DNA of 64,000 bases from assembly GCF_030013595.1 (NCBI RefSeq), contig NZ_CP122768.1; one strand, written 5' to 3'. This DNA comes from Escherichia coli. GTDB taxonomy: Bacteria > Pseudomonadota > Gammaproteobacteria > Enterobacterales > Enterobacteriaceae. Made by a program: the position numbers and the translations under genes. The notes below the pieces were generated by a model. That model ran no database searches, was not told the origin of the DNA, and was given only the letters and a program-made list of their open reading frames with translations. The first letter of the stretch is position 1. Every line of letters begins with the position of its first letter. Positions 27,145 through 39,280 of this stretch are shown here, piece after piece.

Positions 27145-27205
27145 TACACTTAAGGCAAATTAACTCCTCTTCGAACCCCCGCTTGTCGGGGGTTTTTAGC
27201 ATTGA

Positions 27206-29230
<2,025 letters not shown>

Positions 29231-29232
29231 AG

Positions 29233-29451
29233 ATGGAAAAAGAGCAGCTGATTGAAATAGCCAATACGATAATGCCGTTTGGCAAATACAAAGGGCGTCG
29301 CTTAATCGACCTACCGGAGGAGTATCTGCTGTGGTTTGCCCGCAAAGATGAGTTCCCGGCAGGGAAGCTCGGTGAGCTAATGCAAATCACGCTGCTGATT
29401 AAAACCGAGGGGCTGACGCAACTGGTCCAGCCCCTGAAGCGTCCGCTTTAA
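29233..29451 (+). CDS. ypeB: small protein YpeB
   Basis: 72-aa ORF starting 3 bp after ligA stop. Confidence 0.85.
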   Translation: MEKEQLIEIANTIMPFGKYKGRRLIDLPEEYLLWFARKDEFPAGKLGELMQITLLIKTEGLTQLVQPLKRPL

Positions 29452-30446
29452 GCTTTATCGGCGATGCTTTCCTGCTGCGCCTGTAACTGTTCGGTCTGGC
29501 GTTTGTATCGACGCGCCAGCACCGCACAGACCATCAATTGGATCTGATGGAAAATCATCAGAGGCAGCACCATCATACCGATCACCGATGTGGGGAACAG
29601 AATGTTTGCCATCGGGATGCCATTTGCCAGACTCTTTTTCGAACCACAAAAGACGATAGTAATTTCATCTGCTTTATTGAAGCCTAGTCGGCGTGCCATA
29701 AAGACGTTAACTACAATCACGATAGCCAGAAGAACGCAGCTGACCACCACGATAAACAGCAATGATCCCCAGCCAACTTTATGCCAGATACCATTAACAA
29801 CGGCTTCGCTGAACGCTGTATAAACCACCAACAGAATGGACGTCTGGTCAGTTTTCGCAATCCATTTTTTATTGCGCGACACCCAGTCACCAATCCACGG
29901 CCGGGAAAGATGCCCCAACACAAACGGCAGCAGCAGTTGCAGCATAATTTTACCGACCTGCTCAAGGCTGCCCCCTGCACCGTGAACATTCATCACCAGA
30001 CCAACCAGCAATGGTGAAAGGAAAATACCCAGCAGGCTCGATGCTGATGCAGAACAAACCGCCGCCGCAACGTTACCGCCCGCCATTGACGTGAAGGCGA
30101 TTGCAGACTGCACGGTAGCGGGGAGAATGCACAAGTAGAGAAAACCGGAGTAGAGCATCGGGTCGACATTTACCGGTTTCCACCAGGCAAACAGCACGCC
30201 CAGAATCGGAAACAATACGAAGGTGCTGCACATTACCCACAAATGCAGTCGCCAGTGCCCACCGCCAGCAATAATCGCCTCACGCGACAACTTCGCGCCG
30301 TGCATAAAAAACAGCAGGGCAATCGCTGCGGTGGTCAGATTTTCAAAGAAGGGGACGAAATCGCCTCTGGCCGGAAAGAAAGAGGCCAGCAACACCACCG
30401 TGATCAGGGTTAAGGTGAAAGGATCGAGGATACGAAAAAGTTTCAT
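29448..30446 (-). CDS. yfeH: putative membrane transporter YfeH
   Basis: 332-aa polytopic ORF (bile acid:sodium symporter-like by recollection). Confidence 0.85.
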   Translation of the reverse strand: MKLFRILDPFTLTLITVVLLASFFPARGDFVPFFENLTTAAIALLFFMHGAKLSREAIIAGGGHWRLHLWVMCSTFVLFPILGVLFAWWKPVNVDPMLYSGFLYLCILPATVQSAIAFTSMAGGNVAAAVCSASASSLLGIFLSPLLVGLVMNVHGAGGSLEQVGKIMLQLLLPFVLGHLSRPWIGDWVSRNKKWIAKTDQTSILLVVYTAFSEAVVNGIWHKVGWGSLLFIVVVSCVLLAIVIVVNVFMARRLGFNKADEITIVFCGSKKSLANGIPMANILFPTSVIGMMVLPLMIFHQIQLMVCAVLARRYKRQTEQLQAQQESIADKA

Positions 30447-30535
30447 AAAGACTCCAGATGATCGATGGTTCTATTGTGCTTCTTCCAGTTTGAGAAATAA
30501 AATTGATTTATTGCATCCATTCATGAAGAAAACAG

Positions 30536-31462
30536 ATGAATTATTCTTTAAAACAATTAAAGGTTTTCGTCACAGTAGCGCAGGAGAAAAGTTTTAGTCG
30601 TGCAGGAGAGCGTATCGGCCTGAGCCAGTCGGCAGTGAGTCACAGTGTGAAGGAGCTGGAAAATCATACTGGTGTTCGCCTGCTGGACAGAACCACGCGT
30701 GAAGTGGTGCTTACAGATGCAGGGCAGCAGTTGGCTTTGCGTCTTGAGCGACTGCTGGATGAACTTAACAGCACGTTGCGCGATACCGGGCGTATGGGGC
30801 AACAACTGAGCGGAAAAGTTCGGGTCGCTGCCAGCCAGACCATTTCCGCGCATCTTATTCCGCAATGCATTGCTGAAAGCCATCGCCGCTATCCAGATAT
30901 TCAGTTTGTCCTGCACGATCGTCCGCAGCAGTGGGTGATGGAAAGTATTCGCCAGGGAGATGTCGATTTTGGCATCGTCATCGATCCAGGCCCAGTGAGC
31001 GATCTGCAATGTGAAGCGATTCTTTCCGAGCCTTTCTTCTTGCTTTGCCATCGCGATAGCGCTTTGGCCGCGGAAGATTATGTACCCTGGCAGGCATTAC
31101 AGGGAGCGAAATTGGTGTTGCAGGATTACGCGTCAGGCAGCCGACCGCTGATTGACGCAGCGCTGGCGCGCAATGGTATTCAGGCGAATATTGTGCAGGA
31201 GATTGGTCATCCGGCGACGCTGTTCCCGATGGTAGCCGCAGGCATCGGCATCAGTATTCTTCCCGCACTGGCGCTACCATTGCCTGAAGGTAGCCCACTG
31301 GTGGTAAAGCGCATTACGCCGGTGGTGGAACGCCAGTTGATGCTGGTGCGCAGAAAGAACCGTTCACTTTCCACCGCCGCACAAGCGTTATGGGACGTGG
31401 TACGAGGCCAGGGCCGTGCGCTAATGGCTGGGCGGGAAGGGGAGCCGCTGTATCAGATATAG
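30536..31462 (+). CDS. yfeR: LysR-family transcriptional regulator YfeR
   Basis: 308-aa ORF; N-terminal LysR HTH ([38 protein letters not shown]). Confidence 0.9.
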   Translation: MNYSLKQLKVFVTVAQEKSFSRAGERIGLSQSAVSHSVKELENHTGVRLLDRTTREVVLTDAGQQLALRLERLLDELNSTLRDTGRMGQQLSGKVRVAASQTISAHLIPQCIAESHRRYPDIQFVLHDRPQQWVMESIRQGDVDFGIVIDPGPVSDLQCEAILSEPFFLLCHRDSALAAEDYVPWQALQGAKLVLQDYASGSRPLIDAALARNGIQANIVQEIGHPATLFPMVAAGIGISILPALALPLPEGSPLVVKRITPVVERQLMLVRRKNRSLSTAAQALWDVVRGQGRALMAGREGEPLYQI

Positions 31463-31499
31463 AGCTATTCATACTGCCGGGAGCCCCGGCAGTAATCAA

Positions 31500-32264
31500 T
31501 CAGAAATTAAATTTGATGGAGTAGATTATTGCATCCTGGTAAAAATCTTCGCCCAGTTTGTCATCCGCATAACGATACTGAATCCCTGTGGTGATGTGTG
31601 AAGTTGCATTCCACCAAAGTGCGACGGCACCGTTCAGACCTTCTTTGCCGCCATTACCTGCCGCGTAGGTGGCATCACGATCAAACTCGTACTCGTTCCA
31701 GTTGGTGAGGGTGAATTTCTCATTGCCCAGCATAAAGCTGTAACCTGCAACCCAACCGGCTACATAGCCGTTGTCGCCAGTGTAATAGGTTTGATCTGTA
31801 TAACGCTTAGCAAAGAACGGTTTGAACCACCAACCGCTGCCGGTGAAATTGTAGCCGATCCCGTAAAGGAACATATCGTCATGGAAATTCACACGATTCG
31901 CAGAACCGTAGGTGCCATACGCATGCAAGTAGAGATTAAATCCGGTGTCACCCAGGTAAATACGGTTGGTATTTTTAAATGTATAACGCTGCTCGCTACC
32001 CGGTTTATCATGACGATCATTATAAAAGTTTTCCCAGTCGAAGAACCCGTACATTTCTCCCCAACTAAAGTTAGCGCCGCCTTCCAGTTCCAGATATCCA
32101 AAATCATCTTTGTGTGATTTGGTCGACGATTTCTCAGTGGTTCTGCTAGTCCAGTCAAGATAATGAATACCTATATCAGCAAAACCGCCTTTAAATTCTG
32201 CATGGGATACTGCTGGTATCGCCAATACAGAAGAGAGTGTCAGAGTAAAAAGATGTTTTTTCAT
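31500..32264 (-). CDS. yfeN: putative outer membrane protein YfeN
   Basis: 254-aa ORF; signal peptide MKKHLFTLTLSSVLAIPAVSHA; aromatic-rich with C-terminal ...YSIKFNF typical of beta-barrels. Confidence 0.88.
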   Translation of the reverse strand: MKKHLFTLTLSSVLAIPAVSHAEFKGGFADIGIHYLDWTSRTTEKSSTKSHKDDFGYLELEGGANFSWGEMYGFFDWENFYNDRHDKPGSEQRYTFKNTNRIYLGDTGFNLYLHAYGTYGSANRVNFHDDMFLYGIGYNFTGSGWWFKPFFAKRYTDQTYYTGDNGYVAGWVAGYSFMLGNEKFTLTNWNEYEFDRDATYAAGNGGKEGLNGAVALWWNATSHITTGIQYRYADDKLGEDFYQDAIIYSIKFNF

Positions 32265-32512
32265 AGCATAATTCCCTATGCCGATCGTTATTAGTTGATT
32301 GCTTAATAAAAAGGTTGATTAAAAGCGGCATATTGTTAATGCAAGGGAAAGGAGAGTACCAATACAGTTTTTTCAGCCTATTAATAGTGAAAAAATATAA
32401 ATATATCGATATCGAATAACTATCGGATACAAGAAAAAAGTGTATTGGTATGAGGTAGGGCAATCTCGTTATAAAAAGGCGTTAGATTCCACCCTACAAA
32501 AAAAGGATATAT

Positions 32513-33346
32513 ATGTCTCAGGCTCAGTTTTCTCATAACCAACTGTATTGCGTAGATATTATCAAGACTTATAAACCTGATTTCACGCCACGAGTGGCCT
32601 TTATTTTAGGTTCCGGGCTGGGCGCGCTGGCCGATCAGATTGAGAACTCGGTCGCAATTTCCTACGAAAAGCTGCCTGGGTTCCCGGTAAGTACCGTACA
32701 CGGTCATGCGGGTGAGCTGGTGCTGGGTTATCTTCAGGGGGTGCCAGTGGCGTGCATGAAAGGTCGCGGACATTTCTACGAAGGTCGTGGGATGACCATC
32801 ATGATGGATGCAATCCGTACCTTTAAGTTGCTGGGCTGCGAGTTGCTGTTCTGCACCAATGCGGCTGGCTCACTGCGTCCTGAAGTGGGGGCCGGCAGTC
32901 TGGTCGCATTGAAAGATCACATCAACACCATGCCGGGAACGCCGATGGTGGGTCTTAATGATGAACGTTTTGGTGAGCGCTTCTTCTCGCTGGCGAATGC
33001 CTACGATGCGGAATACCGCGCACTGTTACAAAAAGTGGCGAAAGAAGAGGGGTTCCCTCTGACGGAGGGCGTGTTCGTCTCGTATCCGGGTCCGAATTTC
33101 GAGACTGCGGCGGAAATTCGCATGATGCAAATTATTGGTGGGGATGTTGTTGGTATGTCTGTGGTGCCTGAGGTTATTTCTGCTCGCCATTGCGAACTTA
33201 AAGTCGTTGCGGTCTCTGCGATTACCAACATGGCGGAAGGTTTAAGCGATGTGAAATTGTCACATGCGCAAACGCTGGCGGCTGCGGAGCTCTCTAAGCA
33301 GAACTTCATCAACCTTATTTGTGGCTTTCTGCGCAAAATTGCCTGA
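32513..33346 (+). CDS. xapA: xanthosine (purine nucleoside) phosphorylase II
   Basis: 277-aa ORF of PNP family; followed by xapB and xapR. Confidence 0.92.
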   Translation: MSQAQFSHNQLYCVDIIKTYKPDFTPRVAFILGSGLGALADQIENSVAISYEKLPGFPVSTVHGHAGELVLGYLQGVPVACMKGRGHFYEGRGMTIMMDAIRTFKLLGCELLFCTNAAGSLRPEVGAGSLVALKDHINTMPGTPMVGLNDERFGERFFSLANAYDAEYRALLQKVAKEEGFPLTEGVFVSYPGPNFETAAEIRMMQIIGGDVVGMSVVPEVISARHCELKVVAVSAITNMAEGLSDVKLSHAQTLAAAELSKQNFINLICGFLRKIA

Positions 33347-33405
33347 GAAAAACAATAAGAAACGGCCTCGCGGGTGAGGCCAAATGATGCGACAAGGAAA
33401 CGATT

Positions 33406-34662
33406 ATGAGCATCGCTTTGCGCTTAAAGGTAATGTCCTTTTTGCAATATTTTATCTGGGGGAGCTGGCTGGTTACCCTCGGTTCTTACATGATTAATAC
33501 CCTTCATTTCACCGGCGCTAATGTTGGCATGGTTTACAGTTCCAAAGGGATCGCCGCGATTATTATGCCTGGTATAATGGGGATCATCGCAGACAAATGG
33601 CTGCGTGCAGAACGTGCATACATGCTGTGTCACCTGGTGTGTGCAGGCGTACTTTTTTATGCGGCATCCGTAACTGATCCGGATATGATGTTTTGGGTGA
33701 TGTTAGTCAATGCGATGGCGTTTATGCCGACTATTGCGTTATCGAACAGCGTCTCTTATTCCTGTCTTGCCCAGGCAGGGCTTGACTCGGTGACCGCTTT
33801 CCCGCCCATTCGCGTTTTTGGTACGGTGGGGTTCATTGTCGCCATGTGGGCAGTAAGCCTGCTGCATCTGGAATTGAGTAGTCTGCAGCTGTATATCGCG
33901 TCCGGTGCGTCATTGCTGCTGTCGGCTTATGCGCTGACTTTGCCGAAGATTCCGGTTGCGGAGAAAAAAGCGACTACATCGCTTGCCAGCAAGCTGGGTC
34001 TGGATGCCTTCGTGCTGTTTAAAAATCCACGCATGGCTATCTTTTTCCTCTTCGCCATGATGCTGGGCGCGGTGCTGCAAATTACCAACGTTTTTGGCAA
34101 CCCGTTCCTGCATGATTTCGCCCGTAATCCTGAGTTTGCTGATAGCTTCGTGGTGAAATACCCGTCCATTTTACTGTCAGTTTCACAGATGGCTGAAGTC
34201 GGTTTCATTCTGACGATACCGTTCTTTTTGAAGCGTTTCGGTATTAAAACCGTCATGCTGATGAGTATGGTGGCGTGGACGCTGCGCTTTGGCTTCTTCG
34301 CCTATGGCGATCCGTCAACAACCGGATTTATTTTGCTGCTGCTGTCGATGATTGTTTATGGCTGTGCATTCGATTTCTTCAATATTTCTGGTTCGGTATT
34401 TGTCGAACAGGAAGTTGATTCCAGCATTCGTGCCAGCGCGCAGGGCCTTTTTATGACGATGGTAAATGGCGTCGGCGCATGGGTTGGCTCGATTCTGAGC
34501 GGTATGGCAGTGGATTACTTCTCGGTGGATGGCGTAAAAGATTGGCATACCATTTGGCTGATGTTTGCAGGGTATGCTCTTTTCCTCGCAGTGATATTTT
34601 TCTTTGGGTTTAAATATAACCATGACCCTGAAAAGATAACGCATCGTTCAGTTACACATTAA
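33406..34662 (+). CDS. xapB: xanthosine MFS permease
   Basis: 418-aa polytopic ORF (NupG/XapB nucleoside:H+ symporter family). Confidence 0.92.
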   Translation: MSIALRLKVMSFLQYFIWGSWLVTLGSYMINTLHFTGANVGMVYSSKGIAAIIMPGIMGIIADKWLRAERAYMLCHLVCAGVLFYAASVTDPDMMFWVMLVNAMAFMPTIALSNSVSYSCLAQAGLDSVTAFPPIRVFGTVGFIVAMWAVSLLHLELSSLQLYIASGASLLLSAYALTLPKIPVAEKKATTSLASKLGLDAFVLFKNPRMAIFFLFAMMLGAVLQITNVFGNPFLHDFARNPEFADSFVVKYPSILLSVSQMAEVGFILTIPFFLKRFGIKTVMLMSMVAWTLRFGFFAYGDPSTTGFILLLLSMIVYGCAFDFFNISGSVFVEQEVDSSIRASAQGLFMTMVNGVGAWVGSILSGMAVDYFSVDGVKDWHTIWLMFAGYALFLAVIFFFGFKYNHDPEKITHRSVTH

Positions 34663-34714
34663 AAGGATTCGCAGCTCTGTTCCTTGGGGCTGCTTTTATG
34701 ATAAAGGTTAATTA

Positions 34715-34873
34715 GTGAAAGATATTTTATTTTCTTCTGGCGTTGGTTTTGGCATTGGTGCTTTGTTTACAATCGTGCGCTTGCCTATTCCTGTACCAAA
34801 TGTATTACCGGGTATATTATCCATTGTGTTTATGTATGTCGGATATCTGGTGGTGAAATACTTTATGCCATGA
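34715..34873 (+). CDS. candidate small hydrophobic protein (52 aa), XapX-like
   Basis: GTG 34715 preceded by AAGG about 8 nt upstream; MKDILFSSGVGFGIGALFTIVRLPIPVPNVLPGILSIVFMYVGYLVVKYFMP; stop TGA 34871-34873; lies between xapB and xapR; below the 60-aa track cut-off. Confidence 0.5.
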   Translation: MKDILFSSGVGFGIGALFTIVRLPIPVPNVLPGILSIVFMYVGYLVVKYFMP

Positions 34874-34913
34874 TAATTTAATACGATGTATTTATTATAT
34901 GGAGCACTTAATT

Positions 34914-35798
34914 ATGGAACGCGTATACAGAACAGATCTTAAGTTGCTCCGTTATTTTCTTGCCGTAGCGGAAGAGTTGCATTTTGGTCGCGCAGCAGCG
35001 CGTTTAAATATGTCTCAGCCTCCGCTCAGCATTCATATTAAAGAGCTGGAAAATCAACTCGGCACGCAGCTTTTTATTCGCCATTCGCGCAGCGTCGTAC
35101 TGACACACGCGGGCAAAATCTTGATGGAAGAATCGCGTCGATTGCTGGTGAATGCAAATAATGTATTGGCTCGGGTTGAACAAATAGGTCGGGGAGAAGC
35201 AGGGCGGATTGAACTCGGGGTTGTGGGAACGGCAATGTGGGGACGGATGCGCCCGGTTATGCGGCGATTCCTCAGGGAAAATCCTAACGTTGACGTTCTT
35301 TTTCGCGAAAAGATGCCCGCGATGCAAATGGCCCTGCTGGAACGACGTGAACTCGATGCCGGGATCTGGAGAATGGCGACAGAACCACCGGCAGGTTTTA
35401 CCAGCTTACGGTTGCATGAATCGGCGTTTCTGGTGGCGATGCCTGAAGAGCATCATCTCTCATCATTTTCCACCGTTCCGCTGGAAGCGCTACGTGACGA
35501 GTATTTTGTTACAATGCCGCCCGTGTACACTGACTGGGATTTTTTGCAGCGAGTTTGCCAGCAGGTGGGATTTTCACCGGTTGTTATTCGCGAAGTTAAT
35601 GAACCGCAAACGGTACTCGCCATGGTCAGTATGGGCATTGGTATCACATTGATAGCGGACAGCTACGCACAAATGAACTGGCCAGGTGTCATTTTCCGTC
35701 CGCTCAAACAGCGCATCCCTGCAGATTTATATATTGTTTATGAAACACAGCAGGTGACGCCCGCGATGGTTAAGCTGTTGGCTGCATTGACACAGTAG
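34914..35798 (+). CDS. xapR: LysR-family activator of xapAB
   Basis: 294 aa from ATG 34914 (MERVYRTDLKLLRYFLAVAEELHFGRAAARLNMSQPPLS...). Confidence 0.9.
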   Translation: MERVYRTDLKLLRYFLAVAEELHFGRAAARLNMSQPPLSIHIKELENQLGTQLFIRHSRSVVLTHAGKILMEESRRLLVNANNVLARVEQIGRGEAGRIELGVVGTAMWGRMRPVMRRFLRENPNVDVLFREKMPAMQMALLERRELDAGIWRMATEPPAGFTSLRLHESAFLVAMPEEHHLSSFSTVPLEALRDEYFVTMPPVYTDWDFLQRVCQQVGFSPVVIREVNEPQTVLAMVSMGIGITLIADSYAQMNWPGVIFRPLKQRIPADLYIVYETQQVTPAMVKLLAALTQ

Positions 35799-35875
35799 GT
35801 GAGGAGACAGGAATTGCCGGAAATAGTAGTCTGCTAAGTGAAGCGCATCAGGCAATTTCGCAAATCGCAGATAGC

Positions 35876-35902
35876 AAAAAAGCGCCTTTAGGGCGCTTTT
35901 TT
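35876..35902. terminator. bidirectional intrinsic terminator (xapR / tRNA operon)
   Basis: AAAAAAGCGCC-TTTAG-GGCGCTTTTTT hairpin with A and T runs. Confidence 0.65.
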
Positions 35903-35906
35903 ACAT

Positions 35907-35982
35907 TGGTGGGTCGTGCAGGATTCGAACCTGCGACCAATTGATTAAAAGTCAACTGCTCTACCAACTGAGCTAACGACCC
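35907..35982 (-). tRNA. lysV: tRNA-Lys (anticodon UUU)
   Basis: Reverse complement reads GGGTCGTTAGCTCAGTTGGTAGAGCAGTTGACTTTTAATCAATTGGTCGCAGGTTCGAATCCTGCACGACCCACCA, 76 nt with encoded CCA. Confidence 0.95.
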
Positions 35983-35986
35983 GAAG

Positions 35987-36062
35987 TGGTGGGTGATGAC
36001 GGGATCGAACCGCCGACCCCCTCCTTGTAAGGGAGGTGCTCTCCCAGCTGAGCTAATCACCC
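35987..36062 (-). tRNA. tRNA-Val (anticodon UAC)
   Basis: Reverse complement reads GGGTGATTAGCTCAGCTGGGAGAGCACCTCCCTTACAAGGAGGGGGTCGGCGGTTCGATCCCGTCATCACCCACCA, 76 nt. Confidence 0.95.
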
Positions 36063-36108
36063 ACTTCGGTACTTCACATTTTTACAAGAAATTTAGCTGG
36101 CGAGAAAG

Positions 36109-36184
36109 TGGTGGGTGATGACGGGATCGAACCGCCGACCCCCTCCTTGTAAGGGAGGTGCTCTCCCAGCTGAGCTAATCACCC
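36109..36184 (-). tRNA. tRNA-Val (anticodon UAC), second identical copy
   Basis: Identical 76-nt sequence to 35987-36062, separated by a 46-bp spacer. Confidence 0.95.
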
Positions 36185-36442
36185 CCGCTGTGTGGAGTCG
36201 CATTATAGGGAGAGTTCAAAATGAGTCAACGCATTTTCTAAAGAAATTGTTCGTTCGTCGTAAATTTAAGCAAGATGATCGCAAAACAGACCGTTTTGCG
36301 CAATTTGTCAACGAAAACAATAATGCGTAAGGTTGCAACCCGAACTACATTGAGGAATCAGGCGGGAGTGATAGAATATCGCCCACTCAATTTTTCCAGG
36401 ATTTGCCGGTTGTCGGCATCTTTCTAAACGTAAGGCCATTTC

Positions 36443-37858
36443 ATGAAAATCAAAACTCGCTTCGCGCCAAGCCCAACAGGCTATCTGCACGTTGGCGGCG
36501 CGCGTACTGCTCTTTACTCCTGGCTTTTTGCACGTAACCACGGCGGTGAGTTCGTGCTGCGTATTGAAGACACCGATCTTGAGCGTTCCACGCCGGAAGC
36601 TATCGAAGCCATTATGGATGGCATGAACTGGCTGAGCCTGGAGTGGGATGAAGGTCCGTACTACCAGACCAAACGTTTTGATCGCTACAACGCGGTGATC
36701 GATCAGATGCTGGAAGAGGGCACAGCTTATAAATGTTATTGCTCTAAAGAGCGCCTGGAAGCGCTGCGCGAAGAGCAAATGGCGAAAGGTGAGAAGCCGC
36801 GTTATGACGGTCGCTGCCGCCACAGCCATGAGCATCATGCTGATGATGAACCGTGCGTTGTACGTTTTGCTAACCCGCAGGAAGGTTCTGTTGTTTTTGA
36901 CGATCAGATCCGTGGCCCGATTGAGTTCAGCAACCAGGAGCTGGATGATCTGATTATCCGTCGTACCGATGGTTCTCCAACCTATAACTTCTGTGTGGTG
37001 GTTGACGACTGGGATATGGAAATCACCCACGTTATCCGTGGCGAAGACCATATCAACAACACGCCACGCCAGATCAACATTCTTAAAGCACTGAAAGCGC
37101 CGGTACCGGTTTACGCGCACGTTTCTATGATCAACGGCGATGACGGCAAAAAACTGTCCAAACGTCACGGGGCGGTCAGCGTAATGCAGTATCGTGATGA
37201 CGGTTATTTGCCAGAAGCACTGCTGAACTATCTGGTGCGTCTGGGCTGGTCCCACGGCGATCAGGAAATCTTCACTCGTGAAGAGATGATCAAATACTTC
37301 ACCCTGAATGCCGTCAGCAAATCTGCCAGTGCGTTCAACACCGACAAGCTGCTGTGGCTGAACCATCACTACATTAACGCGCTGCCGCCGGAGTATGTTG
37401 CTACTCACTTACAGTGGCACATTGAGCAGGAAAATATCGATACCCGTAACGGCCCGCAGCTGGCTGATCTGGTGAAACTGCTGGGCGAACGCTGCAAGAC
37501 GCTGAAAGAGATGGCACAGAGCTGCCGTTATTTCTACGAAGATTTTGCTGAGTTCGATGCCGACGCCGCGAAAAAACATCTGCGTCCGGTAGCGCGTCAG
37601 CCGCTGGAAGTAGTTCGTGACAAACTGGCCGCGATTACTGACTGGACCGCTGAAAACGTTCATCACGCTATTCAGGCGACGGCGGATGAGCTGGAAGTGG
37701 GCATGGGTAAAGTTGGTATGCCGCTGCGTGTCGCCGTAACCGGTGCGGGGCAGTCTCCGGCGCTGGATGTTACCGTTCACGCAATCGGTAAGACCCGCAG
37801 TATCGAGCGTATCAACAAAGCGCTGGCTTTTATTGCTGAACGCGAAAATCAGCAGTAA
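36443..37858 (+). CDS. gltX: glutamyl-tRNA synthetase
   Basis: 471-aa ORF; class I motifs [12 protein letters not shown] (HIGH-type) and KLSKR (KMSKS-type). Confidence 0.95.
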   Translation: MKIKTRFAPSPTGYLHVGGARTALYSWLFARNHGGEFVLRIEDTDLERSTPEAIEAIMDGMNWLSLEWDEGPYYQTKRFDRYNAVIDQMLEEGTAYKCYCSKERLEALREEQMAKGEKPRYDGRCRHSHEHHADDEPCVVRFANPQEGSVVFDDQIRGPIEFSNQELDDLIIRRTDGSPTYNFCVVVDDWDMEITHVIRGEDHINNTPRQINILKALKAPVPVYAHVSMINGDDGKKLSKRHGAVSVMQYRDDGYLPEALLNYLVRLGWSHGDQEIFTREEMIKYFTLNAVSKSASAFNTDKLLWLNHHYINALPPEYVATHLQWHIEQENIDTRNGPQLADLVKLLGERCKTLKEMAQSCRYFYEDFAEFDADAAKKHLRPVARQPLEVVRDKLAAITDWTAENVHHAIQATADELEVGMGKVGMPLRVAVTGAGQSPALDVTVHAIGKTRSIERINKALAFIAERENQQ

Positions 37859-37876
37859 TTAGCGCATAAAAGATAA

Positions 37877-37908
37877 ACGGCAGGAGAGATACCCCTGCCG
37901 TTTTTTAT
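37877..37908. terminator. intrinsic terminator after gltX (bidirectional with yfeD)
   Basis: ACGGCAGG...CCTGCCGT stem followed by TTTTTTATTT. Confidence 0.7.
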
Positions 37909-38301
37909 TTATTCTGATTCATCTATGTCGAGACGAGCAAGGAAATGACGAATTCCTTCGCGTGACAAAAATTGCGCAACTTTTTCCTGCTCACTGTGAG
38001 TCATATTGTCTATTGCGCTGATGATTTGCCGATAAGCAGGGGTGCGAATACCCGGTGCGTATTCGGCAAGGGGTTCTTCGGCTTCCAGAAGCATCGGTGT
38101 GTTATGGAAGGCTGGCGTGTTCTGAATAAACTCGCAAACTTGCGTATCGACCAGAATAAGTCTGGCACGACCGCCTTTCACGCCGGGAAATTTTTCCGTT
38201 TTCCAGCCTTTTTCTCTGATCCAACGGTTAACAGTTTGTTTAGCCACACCGAGGCATTCAGCCAGTTCTTCGGTGGTCATTTTATTGCGTAATCTTTTCA
38301 T
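37909..38301 (-). CDS. yfeD: putative DNA-binding protein YfeD
   Basis: 130-aa ORF (MKRLRNKMTTEELAECLGVAKQTVNRWIREKGW...); paralog of adjacent yfeC. Confidence 0.88.
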   Translation of the reverse strand: MKRLRNKMTTEELAECLGVAKQTVNRWIREKGWKTEKFPGVKGGRARLILVDTQVCEFIQNTPAFHNTPMLLEAEEPLAEYAPGIRTPAYRQIISAIDNMTHSEQEKVAQFLSREGIRHFLARLDIDESE

Positions 38302-38302
38302 A

Positions 38303-38647
38303 TTATTTGCTATCGCGAATCCCTAAGCGTTGTAACAATCCGATAATCCCTTCCCGCAGAAGCAAGGATGTAAACTGTTTTTGTTCAACTGGCGTCATCT
38401 CTTTCGCCAGTGTCACCAGCAATACTTCAAGCGGCGCATCACCAGAAAGGGCAGGCGCTTCTCCCTGACCTTCTGGACGTTCAGCATTGCGAATATATTC
38501 ACGAACCTGTTCATTGACGTGAACCAGTCGGGCTTTGCCACCCTGGACGCCAGGTTTTGGTGACGTTGTCCAGCCTTCCTTGCGTACCCATTTATTAATG
38601 GTCTGGCGGCTATAGCCGGTCAGTCTGGCAAGTTCATCTGGCGTCAT
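38303..38647 (-). CDS. yfeC: putative DNA-binding protein YfeC
   Basis: 114 aa from ATG 38645-38647 (MTPDELARLTGYSRQTINKWVRKEGW...); track ORF extends 5 codons further to 38662. Confidence 0.85.
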   Translation of the reverse strand: MTPDELARLTGYSRQTINKWVRKEGWTTSPKPGVQGGKARLVHVNEQVREYIRNAERPEGQGEAPALSGDAPLEVLLVTLAKEMTPVEQKQFTSLLLREGIIGLLQRLGIRDSK

Positions 38648-38882
38648 CCTCTCCTTGAACATAACAATTCCCTGAATGTATGTGGGTCTATTAGTAGTTC
38701 ATTTTATAACACCACTTTACAGGAAACCGTGACATGAATAACTACTGAATGCGAGCGGTTTTCCAAAATTGTTCATTTGCCTGATTTTTCAGCGATTGAA
38801 ACTACACGTTGCAATTTGCCGTTGACACATTCGGGCGGAATTCATATGATGCCGCCCGTCAACTCGACAAGCTTTACGTGAC

Positions 38883-38958
<76 letters not shown>

Positions 38959-38997
38959 AATTTTGCACCCAACAAATTTGGTACGTAAACGCATCGT

Positions 38998-39073
<76 letters not shown>

Positions 39074-39079
39074 AATTTC

Positions 39080-39110
39080 AAACCCTCGCTGTAAAGCGGG
39101 GGTTTTTTGT
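39080..39110 (+). terminator. intrinsic terminator after tRNA-Ala pair
   Basis: CCCTCGCTGTAAAGCGGGGG hairpin followed by TTTTTTG. Confidence 0.65.
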
Positions 39111-39280
39111 CTCTGCTTTTTGCCGCTTTTGTAATACAGTCTACGTCCGGGTTAGCGCCGCCTGGTGAAAACATCATTGGATGAAAAATCGGCAACAGGC
39201 TGGCCTCTGTTTGCTTCGCGATGCGAATAAACTTATTATTTGTGTGCCTGAAAACCCCGATCAGTGAGAGTAGTGTACTC

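Noticed and set aside
36308-37408. 366-aa ORF antisense to gltX, and similar long antisense ORFs opposite yfeX (8104-8898), cysA (17600-18457), cysP (15060-15788), ptsI (22525-23175), ligA (28319-28960), glk (46581-47273) and ypdF (49333-50028)
   Set aside because: Each lies entirely within a well-supported gene on the opposite strand, has no ribosome-binding site context and no recognisable protein features; these are typical codon-bias artefacts.
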